Origin: Anaerolineae bacterium
GTDB lineage: Bacteria; Chloroflexota; Anaerolineae; Anaerolineales; E44-bin32
Assembly: GCA_036986135.1 (NCBI GenBank)
Contig: BTQZ01000002.1
Span: 62,670-126,669, forward strand
Direction of reading: 5' to 3'
Length of the DNA: 64,000 nucleotides
Each line of letters starts with the position of its first letter. Within the stretch, counting starts at the first letter, position 1. The notes beneath the pieces are model-generated. The model made no database searches, was not told where the DNA came from, and saw nothing but the letters and a program-made list of their open reading frames with translations. Below, piece by piece: positions 1-9,500 of this stretch. A program made the translations under genes and the position numbers.

Positions 1-714
1 AAGAGCTTCCTTGCAGCCGGATTTCCGGTGATCGTGGAAAAGGGGTTCATTCTGGGCGAGGGGGATGGCGGTGGCGGCTGGGCCGGCCACTATGTGCTGT
101 TGACAGGGTACGATGATGAGACGCAGAGCTTTGTTGCTCAGGACACGAATCCGGGCACGGGCGGGGCGGATCGCAGCATCTCATACGAAGAACTCGATGA
201 GGGCTGGCGTCAATTCAACCGGGTCTACATGTATATCTACCGGCCTCAGGATGAAGCCCGAATCGAGTCCATCATCGGAGAAGACGCGCAGCTCGACTTC
301 AATCGAACGGCTGCGCTCGAGGCGGCGCAGGCAGAAATCGAATCGGATCCGCAGGATCCCTACGGTTGGTTCAATTTGGGAACGAACCTGGTCTATTTTG
401 AGCGTTACGGTGAGGCTTCACAGGCCTTCGATAACTCCTTGGCGCTAGGGCTTCCCTGGCGCTTTACCCGCTACCAATTCGGGCCGTACATCGCCTATTT
501 CAACCAGGGCCGGTTTCAAGACGTCGTGGACCTGGCAGAGGCAACCCTTTTCCGGACTTACAAAGCCGAGGAATCCTTGCTCTGGCGTGGTTGGGCCAAA
601 TTCCGACTTGGAGATCTCAACAGTGCAGTCACCGACTGGCGCGAAGCACTGCGATACAACCCGAACTACCAGGACGCGCAGTACGCGCTGGAGTACGTCG
701 GGTCGACTCCCTGA
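1..714 (+). CDS. C39-like cysteine peptidase domain / TPR-repeat protein (5' partial, runs off window)
   Basis: Frame open from base 1. GWAGHYVLLTGYDD..AQDTNPG resembles the His core of papain-like C39-type peptidases. C-terminal TPR-like repeats (YGWFNLGTNLVYFERYGEASQAFDNSLALG; GWAKFRLGDLNSAVTDWREALRYNPNYQDAQYAL). Confidence 0.55.
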   Translation, partial: KSFLAAGFPVIVEKGFILGEGDGGGGWAGHYVLLTGYDDETQSFVAQDTNPGTGGADRSISYEELDEGWRQFNRVYMYIYRPQDEARIESIIGEDAQLDFNRTAALEAAQAEIESDPQDPYGWFNLGTNLVYFERYGEASQAFDNSLALGLPWRFTRYQFGPYIAYFNQGRFQDVVDLAEATLFRTYKAEESLLWRGWAKFRLGDLNSAVTDWREALRYNPNYQDAQYALEYVGSTP

Positions 715-780
715 TCCCGAACAAGGAGCTGCCCGGTGCGGTATGATTGACTACCATACGAAAAGGACCAAGGTGTGCGA

Positions 781-1275
781 ATGCTTATCAGTGACAAGAT
801 GAACCAGGCGATGAACCAACAGATCGGAAGCGAACTCGGCGCTTCCAACCAATACCTGCAGCTTGCCTCATACTTCGCCGGCGAAGATCTTCCAGAATTG
901 GAGGCCTTCTTCTTTCGCCAGTCAGATGAGGAACGAGCGCATGCCATGAAATTTGTGCATTACATACTGGATGCCGGGGGAAAGGTCATGGTCCCCGCGC
1001 TAGAGGCAGCCCCACGGGAAGTGGACTCCGCGGAACAGGCGGTCCAGATGGCGCTCGACTGGGAGAAGACCGTTACGGAGCAGATCAATAGCCTACAGGC
1101 ATTGGCGACGCAGGAGGGGGATTACGCGGCTCAGGGATTCCTAAATTGGTTCTCTACCGAGCAGATCGAGGAAGTCTCATCCATGGGCGAATTACTGCGC
1201 ACGATACAGCGAGCGGGGGACCAGCTGCTACTGGTCGAAGACTTTGTCTCGCGCCGCGTCGATCCGCACGCTTAG
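781..1275 (+). CDS. Ferritin (non-haem bacterial ferritin family)
   Basis: MLISDKMNQAMNQQIGSELGASNQYLQLASYF..EERAHAMKFVHYI is the classic ferritin di-iron helix pattern. ATG at 781 preferred over GTG 775 (AAGG 7 nt upstream). Confidence 0.85.
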   Translation: MLISDKMNQAMNQQIGSELGASNQYLQLASYFAGEDLPELEAFFFRQSDEERAHAMKFVHYILDAGGKVMVPALEAAPREVDSAEQAVQMALDWEKTVTEQINSLQALATQEGDYAAQGFLNWFSTEQIEEVSSMGELLRTIQRAGDQLLLVEDFVSRRVDPHA

Positions 1276-1303
1276 AGCCGACGCTTATGGCATTTCCAAT
1301 CCT

Positions 1304-1338
1304 CCCGCCCACGTATGAGCGTGGGCGGGTTTTTATTT
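1304..1338 (+). terminator. Intrinsic terminator after ferritin
   Basis: CCCGCCCAC (1304-1312) / GTGGGCGGG (1321-1329) 9-bp stem followed by TTTTTATTT. Confidence 0.7.
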
Positions 1339-1457
1339 CAGAACACGAGCTAAGGAAGATTTAAGCTTTGTGAGTCAAACTTGGATTGGTGAGCCACGTG
1401 AAACCCAACAACGCCGCTCCGCACAGCCCTCCATAAACCCATTCGAGAGAGAGAGAT

Positions 1458-2138
1458 TTGACCCAACAAAAGGACATCCTGGTCGTCGAGGACGAAGACA
1501 ACATTCGAGAGGTTATCGGTCGATACCTGGAGCGCGAGGGCTTCAGTGTACGCGAGGCGGCCGACGGATATGCCGCGCTGGATGCCATTGAGCAGCAGGA
1601 GCCTGATCTGATCGTCATGGATCTCATGCTGCCAGGCATTGACGGCCTCACCCTCACGCGGCAGGTGCAGCAGCAGTCCGGTATCCCGATCATTATTCTG
1701 ACCGCGCGCGGAGACACAAGCGATCGGATCCGCGGCCTCGACTGGGGGGCAGACGACTATATTCCCAAGCCTTTCAGCCCCCGCGAGCTCGTGTCCAGGA
1801 TCCATGCTGTGCTGCGAAGGGTAGGAGAGCCAACCGCCTCCGAGTTGACGTTTGGAGAAGTCACCATTGCCTACGAGTCAAGGCAGGTGCATAGGAACGG
1901 CGAACCGGTTTCGCTGACCGTCAGGGAATTCGACTTGCTGTGGTTCCTGGCCAGCCACCCCGGGCAGGTTTTCAGTCGCGAAAATCTGCTTGACAACGTC
2001 TGGGGCCTAGATTTTTCCGGGGATCCTTCCACGGTGACGGTGCACATGCGCCATCTGCGCAAGAAGGTAGAGCCGGAGCCCTCTTTACCGCAGCACCTGA
2101 TCACCGTGTGGGGGGTAGGCTATCGTTTTGAGAAGTGA
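1458..2138 (+). CDS. OmpR-family response regulator (receiver + winged helix)
   Basis: ILVVEDEDNIR, DLIVMDLMLPGIDG and KPF motifs; C-terminal LTVREFDLLWFLA..VWGVGYRF. TTG start. Confidence 0.9.
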   Translation: MTQQKDILVVEDEDNIREVIGRYLEREGFSVREAADGYAALDAIEQQEPDLIVMDLMLPGIDGLTLTRQVQQQSGIPIIILTARGDTSDRIRGLDWGADDYIPKPFSPRELVSRIHAVLRRVGEPTASELTFGEVTIAYESRQVHRNGEPVSLTVREFDLLWFLASHPGQVFSRENLLDNVWGLDFSGDPSTVTVHMRHLRKKVEPEPSLPQHLITVWGVGYRFEK

Positions 2139-3367
2139 CTAGCCGAAGACTGAACTTCCTCATCACTCTCGGTCTGGCGCTGGCTGCAACGTTGGGCCTG
2201 GCGGTGCTGGTCATGCGCCCGAGCCCGCAAGAGCTGCTCGATCTGGCGATCATGTTTGCTGTCGCCGGATTAGGAGCTTCACTCGTAGGATTCCTGTCGG
2301 TTCAGACGGGCTGGTGGCGCCGCGCCACCAGCCTCACGCAGACTTTGACCGTAGGCCACCTACTGGCGGCACTTTTCGGTCTGGTGATAGTGCTGCTTGC
2401 GGCCAGGCTGATGTTCATCAGCGAACACGACCTGGTCCTTGCAGGTGTGCTTTTGTTTTTCGCCAGCAGTGTTGCAGTGTCGTTGGGCTACTTCTTTTCG
2501 AATTCCATTACGCAGAGGCTCAAGGAACTCGGTCGTGGGGCCAGCCTCCTGAGCGAGGGCGACTTCTCTGTGCGAGTCGCGGTTGATGGTCGGGATGAAG
2601 TGGCGGAATTGGGCCTGGCTTTCAATGCGATGGCCGAACGTCTCGAGCTGGCGGAGCGCGAGGCCGAACGATTGGAGCAGGCGCGACGGGATTTCATTGC
2701 GGGGGCCTCGCACGACCTGCGCACTCCGTTGTCCTCGCTGCGGGCCATGCTGGATGCGATCGCGGATGGAGTGGTTGAGGATACCGCCGACTATATTCGT
2801 CGTAGCCAGCGCGTGATCACCCAAATGAGCAACCTGACGGATGACCTTGTCGAATTGGCGACCCTGGACAGCGGGGCAGCCCCTATGGAGCGGTCGCCCG
2901 GCTCGATCGAGGAAGTCATTGAGACTGCGATGGAAGGCGCAGCCCATAGGGCGGAAGCGAAGGGTGTTGAGCTTACCGCCCGGGCCCACAGCGAACTCCC
3001 CTTGATCCCGATGGCCGCCGACAAAATCGGCCGGGTCGTTCAAAATCTACTTGACAATGCCATCGACCATACCGGGTCGGGTGGGGAGGTAAGCATTTTG
3101 GCCACGGAACGAAATGGCGCGGTGGAAGTGACAGTGCGGGACTCGGGGGAGGGCATCCGCCCGGAGAGCCTGCCCTATATCTTCGAGCGCTTTTATCGCG
3201 GTGAGGAGAGTCGACCGCGAGCAGACAGCGACGCCGGAGGGGTGGGGCTCGGCCTGGCAATCGCCAAGGAGCTCGTCGAAGCGCATGGGGGGAGCATATG
3301 GGCCGAGACTGGCGCACAACGCGGGTCTCGCATCACATTTTCGCTGCCAAATGAGCAGGCCCCGTGA
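2135..3367 (+). CDS. Sensor histidine kinase (2 TM, HAMP, HisKA, HATPase_c)
   Basis: H-box ASHDLRTPLSSL, N-box QNLLDNAIDHT, G-boxes DSGEGI and GGVGLGLAIAKE. 4-nt overlap with the upstream regulator. Confidence 0.9.
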   Translation: MTSRRLNFLITLGLALAATLGLAVLVMRPSPQELLDLAIMFAVAGLGASLVGFLSVQTGWWRRATSLTQTLTVGHLLAALFGLVIVLLAARLMFISEHDLVLAGVLLFFASSVAVSLGYFFSNSITQRLKELGRGASLLSEGDFSVRVAVDGRDEVAELGLAFNAMAERLELAEREAERLEQARRDFIAGASHDLRTPLSSLRAMLDAIADGVVEDTADYIRRSQRVITQMSNLTDDLVELATLDSGAAPMERSPGSIEEVIETAMEGAAHRAEAKGVELTARAHSELPLIPMAADKIGRVVQNLLDNAIDHTGSGGEVSILATERNGAVEVTVRDSGEGIRPESLPYIFERFYRGEESRPRADSDAGGVGLGLAIAKELVEAHGGSIWAETGAQRGSRITFSLPNEQAP

Positions 3368-3576
3368 AGTCCGATCGAGAAACAGGACAACTTGCGCTTT
3401 CAACACATAGGCGAAGGGCGATACGGGGAAACTGAAGCAGCAATCCAATCATTGCTTGCGGAACATTCCCCCTGGTCGCAAATCAATCCGGATTTCCCGG
3501 TCTGTTCGGCGACACGCGGGAAATATACCTGCAGAATCTCCCCATAAAGAGGGCTCATAGCGTTAAAGGGCGGTTG

Positions 3577-3585
3577 TGCTATACT
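3577..3585 (+). promoter_or_regulatory. Extended -10 promoter TGcTATACT for the 3.6-10.6 kb cluster
   Basis: TGcTATACT, then 8 nt, then an in-frame GTG at 3594. Same architecture as several other genes in the window. Confidence 0.45.
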
Positions 3586-3593
3586 GCCGCGCT

Positions 3594-3818
3594 GTGGATG
3601 CCGGAGGAGAGACCACGCAACGTGCCGTGGTCTGGCTACGCCACCGGGGTTTGGATTCGCTGGTGGCGGACATCCTAGAGGCCGCTGGCCCCTTTACAAC
3701 GTTCTTAGCGCAGCTCAGCTATATGGCCGTACCGTTCCTTGGGGATGGCTTGAACGACGTTGGGCGCTCGCTAGAGCGGCCAGAGGGGCTTATTCAAGAG
3801 TTAAGGGAAGGCTCATGA
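3594..3818 (+). CDS. Small hypothetical protein, first gene of cluster (start uncertain; ORF opens at 3576)
   Basis: ORF 3576-3818. Hydrophobic segment PFTTFLAQLSYMAVPFL. Stop overlaps the next start (ATGA at 3815-3818). No recognisable family. Confidence 0.35.
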   Translation: MDAGGETTQRAVVWLRHRGLDSLVADILEAAGPFTTFLAQLSYMAVPFLGDGLNDVGRSLERPEGLIQELREGS

Positions 3819-4564
3819 CGGCCGTCGATCTGCAGGGCTTGCTGCTGCTCTTCGCATTCCTGGGGCTGATGCTGGGATCAGCCGCCATCGGCCGGCGCTG
3901 GCCTGCGACTTTCCGGCAAATCTCCGCCTTTGAAGGTCTGGGAAAGGCCATTGAGCGTGCCGTCGAAGCGGGCGAACGCGTCCACGTATCCCTCGGCACG
4001 GGTTCCGTAATTGGCCCTGAAAGCGCTCCCGCTTTTGCGGGTTTAGCAGCACTCACTCGGATCGCGCGAGCGACCTCCATGAGCGATCGACCCGCGGTGG
4101 TTACCGCGGGCGACGGCGCAATGGCAATCCTTGCCCGCGATACGCTCCGCAGCTCCTACGGCGAGATGGGTGCCTCTGACCTCTACGACCCTACTTCTGG
4201 CCGCCTACTTGGGCCTACCCCCTTCTCCTATGCCGCTGGTTTACCCAGCGTACTTTCCAACGAAAACGTGTCCGTGCATATGCTCAGCGGCTTCTACGGT
4301 TTCGAGGCCGGTCTGGCAGCCGAGTTTGGCGAGCGGGCGCGGGCCTTTGTCATCGGCGGGACTAACGAGGTCCAGTCGCAAGCCCTGCTCTACGCGGTCG
4401 CACAGAATCCTCTGATAGGTGAAGAAGTGTTTGCCAGTGGCGCATATTTAGGGGCAGGGGAGCTGCACAAGGCCAGCCTGCGCGCGCAGGACATTATCCG
4501 GATTGGTCTCATCGTGCTGATCTTGCTGGGCGTAGTCATGGCTACCTTCGAGGACCTGATATGA
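3815..4564 (+). CDS. Membrane protein, N- and C-terminal TM helices around a ~190-aa soluble domain; unassigned
   Basis: TM LLLLFAFLGLMLGSAAIG and IIRIGLIVLILLGVVMATF. ATGA overlaps at both ends. Confidence 0.6.
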   Translation: MTAVDLQGLLLLFAFLGLMLGSAAIGRRWPATFRQISAFEGLGKAIERAVEAGERVHVSLGTGSVIGPESAPAFAGLAALTRIARATSMSDRPAVVTAGDGAMAILARDTLRSSYGEMGASDLYDPTSGRLLGPTPFSYAAGLPSVLSNENVSVHMLSGFYGFEAGLAAEFGERARAFVIGGTNEVQSQALLYAVAQNPLIGEEVFASGAYLGAGELHKASLRAQDIIRIGLIVLILLGVVMATFEDLI

Positions 4565-5193
4565 GGCTCTTCCGGATCTCTGCGTTGTGGGCTGCGGTGG
4601 CGGCCGCGGTTGGGGTCTTTGTTCTGTTGGGCTACTTTGTAAATTTCGATTTCATCCAAAATATCCGCTTGCTATTCATGCGGTGGGCAGCGCTCCTGGC
4701 CGCGGCCGCCCTGCTGGTTGGCCTGGCGAACCTGGTACAGGTGCACTGGCGCAAGCTGAGTCTGGCGGAGGAGGGCTGGATCTACAGCGCGATTCTTATC
4801 CTGGCATTCCTGGTCACGTTAATCCTGGCTCTGTCCTTTGGACCGGACAATCCGGTTGCGCTGTCTATTTTTAAGTACATGCAACTTCCGCTCGAAGCGG
4901 GACTCATGGCTCTTCTCTCAGTGATACTGCTCGTGGCCGGGTTCCGATTGGTGACCCGGCGGCGGGACGCCTTCAGTATTCTGTTCTTGGCCACCGCATT
5001 GCTTGTCATGTTTGGAACGGGACCGGCAGTGACGGAGGGACCGGTAACAGTCGTCATGCGAGATCTGCGAGCCTGGATTTCACAGGTGTGGTCGGCCGGG
5101 GGGGCGCGTGGGATCGCGCTCGGAGTTGCCCTCGGGGCAACGACAACCGGCTTGCGAGTACTGCTAGGCGCCGACAAGCCTTATGGATCCTAA
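4561..5193 (+). CDS. Polytopic membrane protein (about 5-6 TM), unassigned
   Basis: Alternating hydrophobic segments throughout. Translationally coupled (ATGA 4561-4564). Confidence 0.6.
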   Translation: MRLFRISALWAAVAAAVGVFVLLGYFVNFDFIQNIRLLFMRWAALLAAAALLVGLANLVQVHWRKLSLAEEGWIYSAILILAFLVTLILALSFGPDNPVALSIFKYMQLPLEAGLMALLSVILLVAGFRLVTRRRDAFSILFLATALLVMFGTGPAVTEGPVTVVMRDLRAWISQVWSAGGARGIALGVALGATTTGLRVLLGADKPYGS

Positions 5194-5196
5194 CTA

Positions 5197-6996
5197 GTGG
5201 AAGAAATTCACTGCCCGATGTGCGGCAAACCCAATCCTGGGGGAGCCGAAGAATGTGTGCACTGTGGGGCGCGTCTCAAGCCGCTCGAGGCGGGCGGAAA
5301 ACCCAAGGACACGGAAGATTGGCTGGACCGCATGCGGGAAGAGGCGGCGGAGCCACCCACCGATTCGGACTCGAGTGAGGCGGTTCCTTCGGAGCCAGAA
5401 TTCGAGCTGGATTTCGATCGGCTGAGGGCCGGTGAAGAGGTACCCGGGCAGGTCGAAGAGGAGGTTCCGGAGTGGCTGCAGCGCATTAGAGAGAAGCAGG
5501 CAGAGGAACCGACAGACATCCCGACTTCTGGGGAACCGGCGCCGGAAGAAGCCCTGCGAGCCGCAGTGACTCGAGCAGATGAGGTTCAAATAGAGCAGAC
5601 AGACCTAGCGCCAGAGGGTGATCTCAGGCCCGCAAGTGAACCAGAGCCCACAGTGGAGTCTCCGGACTGGCTCGAGGGTGCGGAAGATCAAGATGCGGAG
5701 ACCGAAGAGGGCCTTCCACACGTCCCAGCCCTGGTTGGTGGGGCGGAGGAATCAGCTGACGCCGAACTGGGCGATCTGGGTCTGCCCGATTGGCTGGGGG
5801 AGATCGAACCCCTCGAAGACGAGGAAGCCCCCCGAGATGCACCGGACCTGGCCCCGGCAACGCTCCCGAATTGGCTGGAAGCTATGCGTCCGGTCGAGAC
5901 CTTTCGGTCCGTCGTCGAAATCGAATCAGAAGATGATCAAGCGGTTGAATCGGTAGGACCACTTGCCGGGCTGAGCGGCGTTCTGCTCGCTGAGCCCGTT
6001 GTGGCGATGCCGCGCACCTCAAGCGTTGGCTCTATGCAGCTCGACGTTTCAGAGCGCCAATACGCTCAGGCAGAACTGCTGCATCGATTAGTGGATGAAG
6101 AAGAGCGAGAAGCGCCGGCCAAGCCGAAGCGCAAGACTCGGCTGGCGGTCTTTCGCTGGGCTATTGCGGCCATCGTCCTGGTGGCCGTTTCGCTCCCCAT
6201 TGTCACAGGCGCGCCCAGCTTCGCCCTACCCGGTCTCGAGCCCCGAGAACTCGGAGCGCTGTTCAATCTGGTGGAGCAACTACCGGGAGAGCAGCCGGTG
6301 CTCGTCGTGTTCGATTACGAGCCCGGGTATGCTGGCGAGCTCGAGGCGGTTTCAGGGGCATTTCTGGATCAGATTATGGCCCGAGGGCTGCCCCTTGCGA
6401 GTATGTCCACCCGCCCAACGGGATCCGCGTTAGCCATGCGTGCGATGGATCCTTATGCTGATCGCCACGGCTACGAAAACGGTCAGGGGATCGTGCATTT
6501 GGGCTACTTGTCTGGGGGACCGACCGCGGTGCAGCTCTTTGCGTTCAATCCACGCGAGGCCGTACTCGAGGGATTTGCGCTGCCCGAAGAGCTGAAGGAG
6601 GCCGGTCTCACCGCCTGGGATACGCCTGTGCTGGATCAAGTTCAAGCTCTTTCGGACTTCGGCATGGTGGCCGTCATTACTGCCGATAGTGAGTCCGCAC
6701 GCGTATGGGCGGAACAGGCCCGCCCCAACATGGGCGACACTCCGCTGGTCGTGGTGCTGTCCGCGGGCGCGGAGCCGCTCATTCGACCCTACTTTGAGAG
6801 CGACGATCCCAAGGTAGGCGGAATTCTGTCGGGGCTGCCGGCGGCTGCCGCCTACGAGCTGCGCAATGGCCGCTCCGGACTTGCGCAGGAGCGCTGGGAC
6901 GCATTTGGCGCCGCGATGCTGGCGGCCGAGTTCGTGCTGCTGGCGGGCATAAGCTATGGACTTCTAATCTGGTGGAGAAACCGAAGCCTGGCGTAG
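5197..6996 (+). CDS. Zinc-ribbon protein with acidic [DEN]WL repeats, 2 TM and a ~230-aa extracytoplasmic-like domain
   Basis: CPMCG..CVHCG zinc ribbon at aa 6-23. Five repeats: EDWLDRMRE, PEWLQRIRE, PDWLEG, PDWLGE, PNWLEAMRP. TM LAVFRWAIAAIVLVAVSLPIV and a C-terminal TM. Confidence 0.7.
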   Translation: MEEIHCPMCGKPNPGGAEECVHCGARLKPLEAGGKPKDTEDWLDRMREEAAEPPTDSDSSEAVPSEPEFELDFDRLRAGEEVPGQVEEEVPEWLQRIREKQAEEPTDIPTSGEPAPEEALRAAVTRADEVQIEQTDLAPEGDLRPASEPEPTVESPDWLEGAEDQDAETEEGLPHVPALVGGAEESADAELGDLGLPDWLGEIEPLEDEEAPRDAPDLAPATLPNWLEAMRPVETFRSVVEIESEDDQAVESVGPLAGLSGVLLAEPVVAMPRTSSVGSMQLDVSERQYAQAELLHRLVDEEEREAPAKPKRKTRLAVFRWAIAAIVLVAVSLPIVTGAPSFALPGLEPRELGALFNLVEQLPGEQPVLVVFDYEPGYAGELEAVSGAFLDQIMARGLPLASMSTRPTGSALAMRAMDPYADRHGYENGQGIVHLGYLSGGPTAVQLFAFNPREAVLEGFALPEELKEAGLTAWDTPVLDQVQALSDFGMVAVITADSESARVWAEQARPNMGDTPLVVVLSAGAEPLIRPYFESDDPKVGGILSGLPAAAAYELRNGRSGLAQERWDAFGAAMLAAEFVLLAGISYGLLIWWRNRSLA

Positions 6997-7000
6997 AACC

Positions 7001-7735
7001 TTGGATACTGCAGACCTGATCGCGAGTTTCATAGCCTCAGTGCTGACCATCATGGTTCTCAGCTACCTGATAGGCGACAATCCGCTCTTCAAGATTGCTA
7101 TGCACCTACTGATTGGGGTGGCCGCCGGCTATGCGGGAGCGGTCGCGGTGCACAATGTGCTGATTCCGGGATTGGCTAAACCGGTCCTGGAAGCGGGCCT
7201 CACGGGTTTGGCAGACCCCCAGTTGATCGTCACCGTGATCGTTCCGTTCATCCTGGTCATCTTGCTTTTCTTGAAGGTTGCTCCTTCAACCGCTCGCTAC
7301 GGCACGATCTCCATGGTGCTGCTGGTAGGAGTCGGTGCGGCAGTCATCGTGGGGGGTGCAATAACAGGAACCCTCATTCCGCTAACGCTGGAATCGATGG
7401 ATTCCTTGAACCCCAACGTCATCAATCAACTCACCGGGGAATCAGGCTTGGAGCGCCTGCTTAATGTCATCATCATGCTCGTTGGCACGCTTACCGCGCT
7501 CTTTTACTTTCGCTTCACCGTCCGGCAGCGCGAAGGGGAGGCGCCGCTTTTCATGGTCGCAGGCGCAAGCATCCCGGGTCCGCTGACGATGCTGAGGGGA
7601 ATCGGCAAGGGATTTATCGCGGTGACATTCGGGGTGATGTACGCCGGAGCCGTAGCAGCCACGCTGATCGTTCTTGCCGAACGGGTGCAGTTCATCTGGG
7701 ACACCGTTACGGGCGTGATAGAGAGCATCGGATAA
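7001..7735 (+). CDS. Polytopic membrane protein (about 6 TM), unassigned
   Basis: TTG start 4 nt after the upstream stop. Hydrophobic throughout (LIASFIASVLTIMVLSYLIG, HLLIGVAAGYAGAVAV ...). Confidence 0.6.
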   Translation: MDTADLIASFIASVLTIMVLSYLIGDNPLFKIAMHLLIGVAAGYAGAVAVHNVLIPGLAKPVLEAGLTGLADPQLIVTVIVPFILVILLFLKVAPSTARYGTISMVLLVGVGAAVIVGGAITGTLIPLTLESMDSLNPNVINQLTGESGLERLLNVIIMLVGTLTALFYFRFTVRQREGEAPLFMVAGASIPGPLTMLRGIGKGFIAVTFGVMYAGAVAATLIVLAERVQFIWDTVTGVIESIG

Positions 7736-7739
7736 AAGC

Positions 7740-9497
7740 ATGAGCACGATACTTGAGGCCGATACCCTACTGGCCGTAGATGTGGGAACGGTAAACACTC
7801 GCGCCAGCCTATTTGACGTGGTGGACGGGCGATACCGAATGGTGGCCACGGGTCGCGCGTCATCAACGGCTGGGGCTCCGCTATTCGATCTTCGAGAGGG
7901 TATGCAGGTCGCCCTGGACGAAGTGAGTGAGATCACGGGAAGGCACTTTTTCGACGAATCAGAAGCGCTCGTCATGCCCACCACCGCCAGCGGAGCCGGT
8001 GTGGATGCATTTGTCTCGACTGCTTCCGCTGGCCCCCATGTCCGGACGGTGCTGGTTGGACTTATGCCTGGCGTTTCGATAGAAAGCGCCCGTCGCTTGG
8101 CTAGCTCAACTTACCTGAATGTAGTAGACGAGATTGGCCTGATGGATCGGAGGCGGGAAGAGGCGCAATTGGATGTGATGCTCGCCGCGATGCCGGATCT
8201 CATCCTGATGGTGGGTGGCACGGACGGTGGCGCTACCGCCAGTGTAATTCGACAGATCGAGACGGTGAGTCTGGCCACGAGTCTGCTCCCCACCGCTCGG
8301 CGCCCCGCGCTGGTATTTGCAGGTAACACCAGTCTCGGAGCAGCGGTCATGGAGCGTTTTCAGGACCGCTCGGCGGTGGCGGTGGTCCCGAATATCCGTC
8401 CCGACCTAGAGCAAGAAGAGCTCGGACCGGCGCGCCTGAAACTGGCTGAGATCGTCAATGAATTTCGCTCGCAGCGCATTGCTGGATTCAATGACCTCAA
8501 TGGATGGTCCGGCGGACACACAATGCTCACAGCGGACGCCTTCAGTCGCGTGGTGCGCTACCTGAGTCAGGTGTACGACCCTGATAAAGGTGTATTGGGG
8601 ATCGATGTCGGTGCGGCTCACGTAACCGTGGCGGCGGCTTTTGATGGCAAGCTAAACAGCAAGGTGCACTCAGACCTGGGTCTCGGGATTTCCCTTCCCG
8701 GTCTCCTTCGCTACGCATCCGTTTCCGATGTTTCTCGCTGGCTCCCCACGGATATCACAGAGGCTGATGTGCGTGACTACATCTTCAACAAAGCTATTTA
8801 CCCTGGCACGATTCCCGCCGAGCTGTCCGATCTGCACATCGAATACGCGCTCCTTAGGGAGCTGGTTCGAGCCGGCATTTCGCTCTCCAGAGGCGAATGG
8901 GCGGAGGGTGCCTCCTCCGAATTGATGCCGCCTCTGGAACCCATCATCGCCAGTGGCGGGGCGATCGCTCGCGCTCCTCGGCCCGGATACGCGGCGCTTG
9001 CGCTGCTGGACGCCGTTCAACCGCGCGGCATTACCACGTTGGTTCTGGACCCCTATAACTTAGTTCCCGCGGTGGGGGCTGCGGCGAGCTTGTTTCCGAT
9101 GATCACAGTACAGGTGCTGGAGTCCGGCAGCTTCGTCAGCCTGGGAACGGTTGTTTCGCCGGTTGGACGGAGCCGACCGGGACGACAGGTGCTTCGCATC
9201 CGCATCGAGCCTGAGAGCGGCGGCGAGCCGATCGAAGGAATCGTTCGCTACGGTCAGCTTGTCCTGCTTCCGCTTCGTCAGGGAGAACATGCTCGCATGA
9301 CATTGAGGCCGGAAAAAGGATTCGACGTAGGTTTCGGCGGACGAGGCAAGGCAGGAGCGCTGCGAATTGCGGGAGGGGCATTAGGAGTCATTATTGACGC
9401 GCGCGGCCGGCCAATCGAATTATCCAAAGATCCCGAACGTCGAAGAGAGCTCAATCAGAAGTGGCTCTACGATATTGGAGCTATGCTCCAGGGCTAA
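7740..9497 (+). CDS. MutL-family (glutamate mutase L-like) actin-fold (ASKHA) ATPase-like protein
   Basis: Phosphate-1-like LLAVDVGTVNTRASLFD, LILMVGGTDGGATASV (my recollection of the MutL/PF13941 hallmark), second GIDVGAAHVTVAAA. No glutamate mutase S/E genes nearby. Confidence 0.6.
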   Translation: MSTILEADTLLAVDVGTVNTRASLFDVVDGRYRMVATGRASSTAGAPLFDLREGMQVALDEVSEITGRHFFDESEALVMPTTASGAGVDAFVSTASAGPHVRTVLVGLMPGVSIESARRLASSTYLNVVDEIGLMDRRREEAQLDVMLAAMPDLILMVGGTDGGATASVIRQIETVSLATSLLPTARRPALVFAGNTSLGAAVMERFQDRSAVAVVPNIRPDLEQEELGPARLKLAEIVNEFRSQRIAGFNDLNGWSGGHTMLTADAFSRVVRYLSQVYDPDKGVLGIDVGAAHVTVAAAFDGKLNSKVHSDLGLGISLPGLLRYASVSDVSRWLPTDITEADVRDYIFNKAIYPGTIPAELSDLHIEYALLRELVRAGISLSRGEWAEGASSELMPPLEPIIASGGAIARAPRPGYAALALLDAVQPRGITTLVLDPYNLVPAVGAAASLFPMITVQVLESGSFVSLGTVVSPVGRSRPGRQVLRIRIEPESGGEPIEGIVRYGQLVLLPLRQGEHARMTLRPEKGFDVGFGGRGKAGALRIAGGALGVIIDARGRPIELSKDPERRRELNQKWLYDIGAMLQG

Positions 9498-9500
9498 ATC

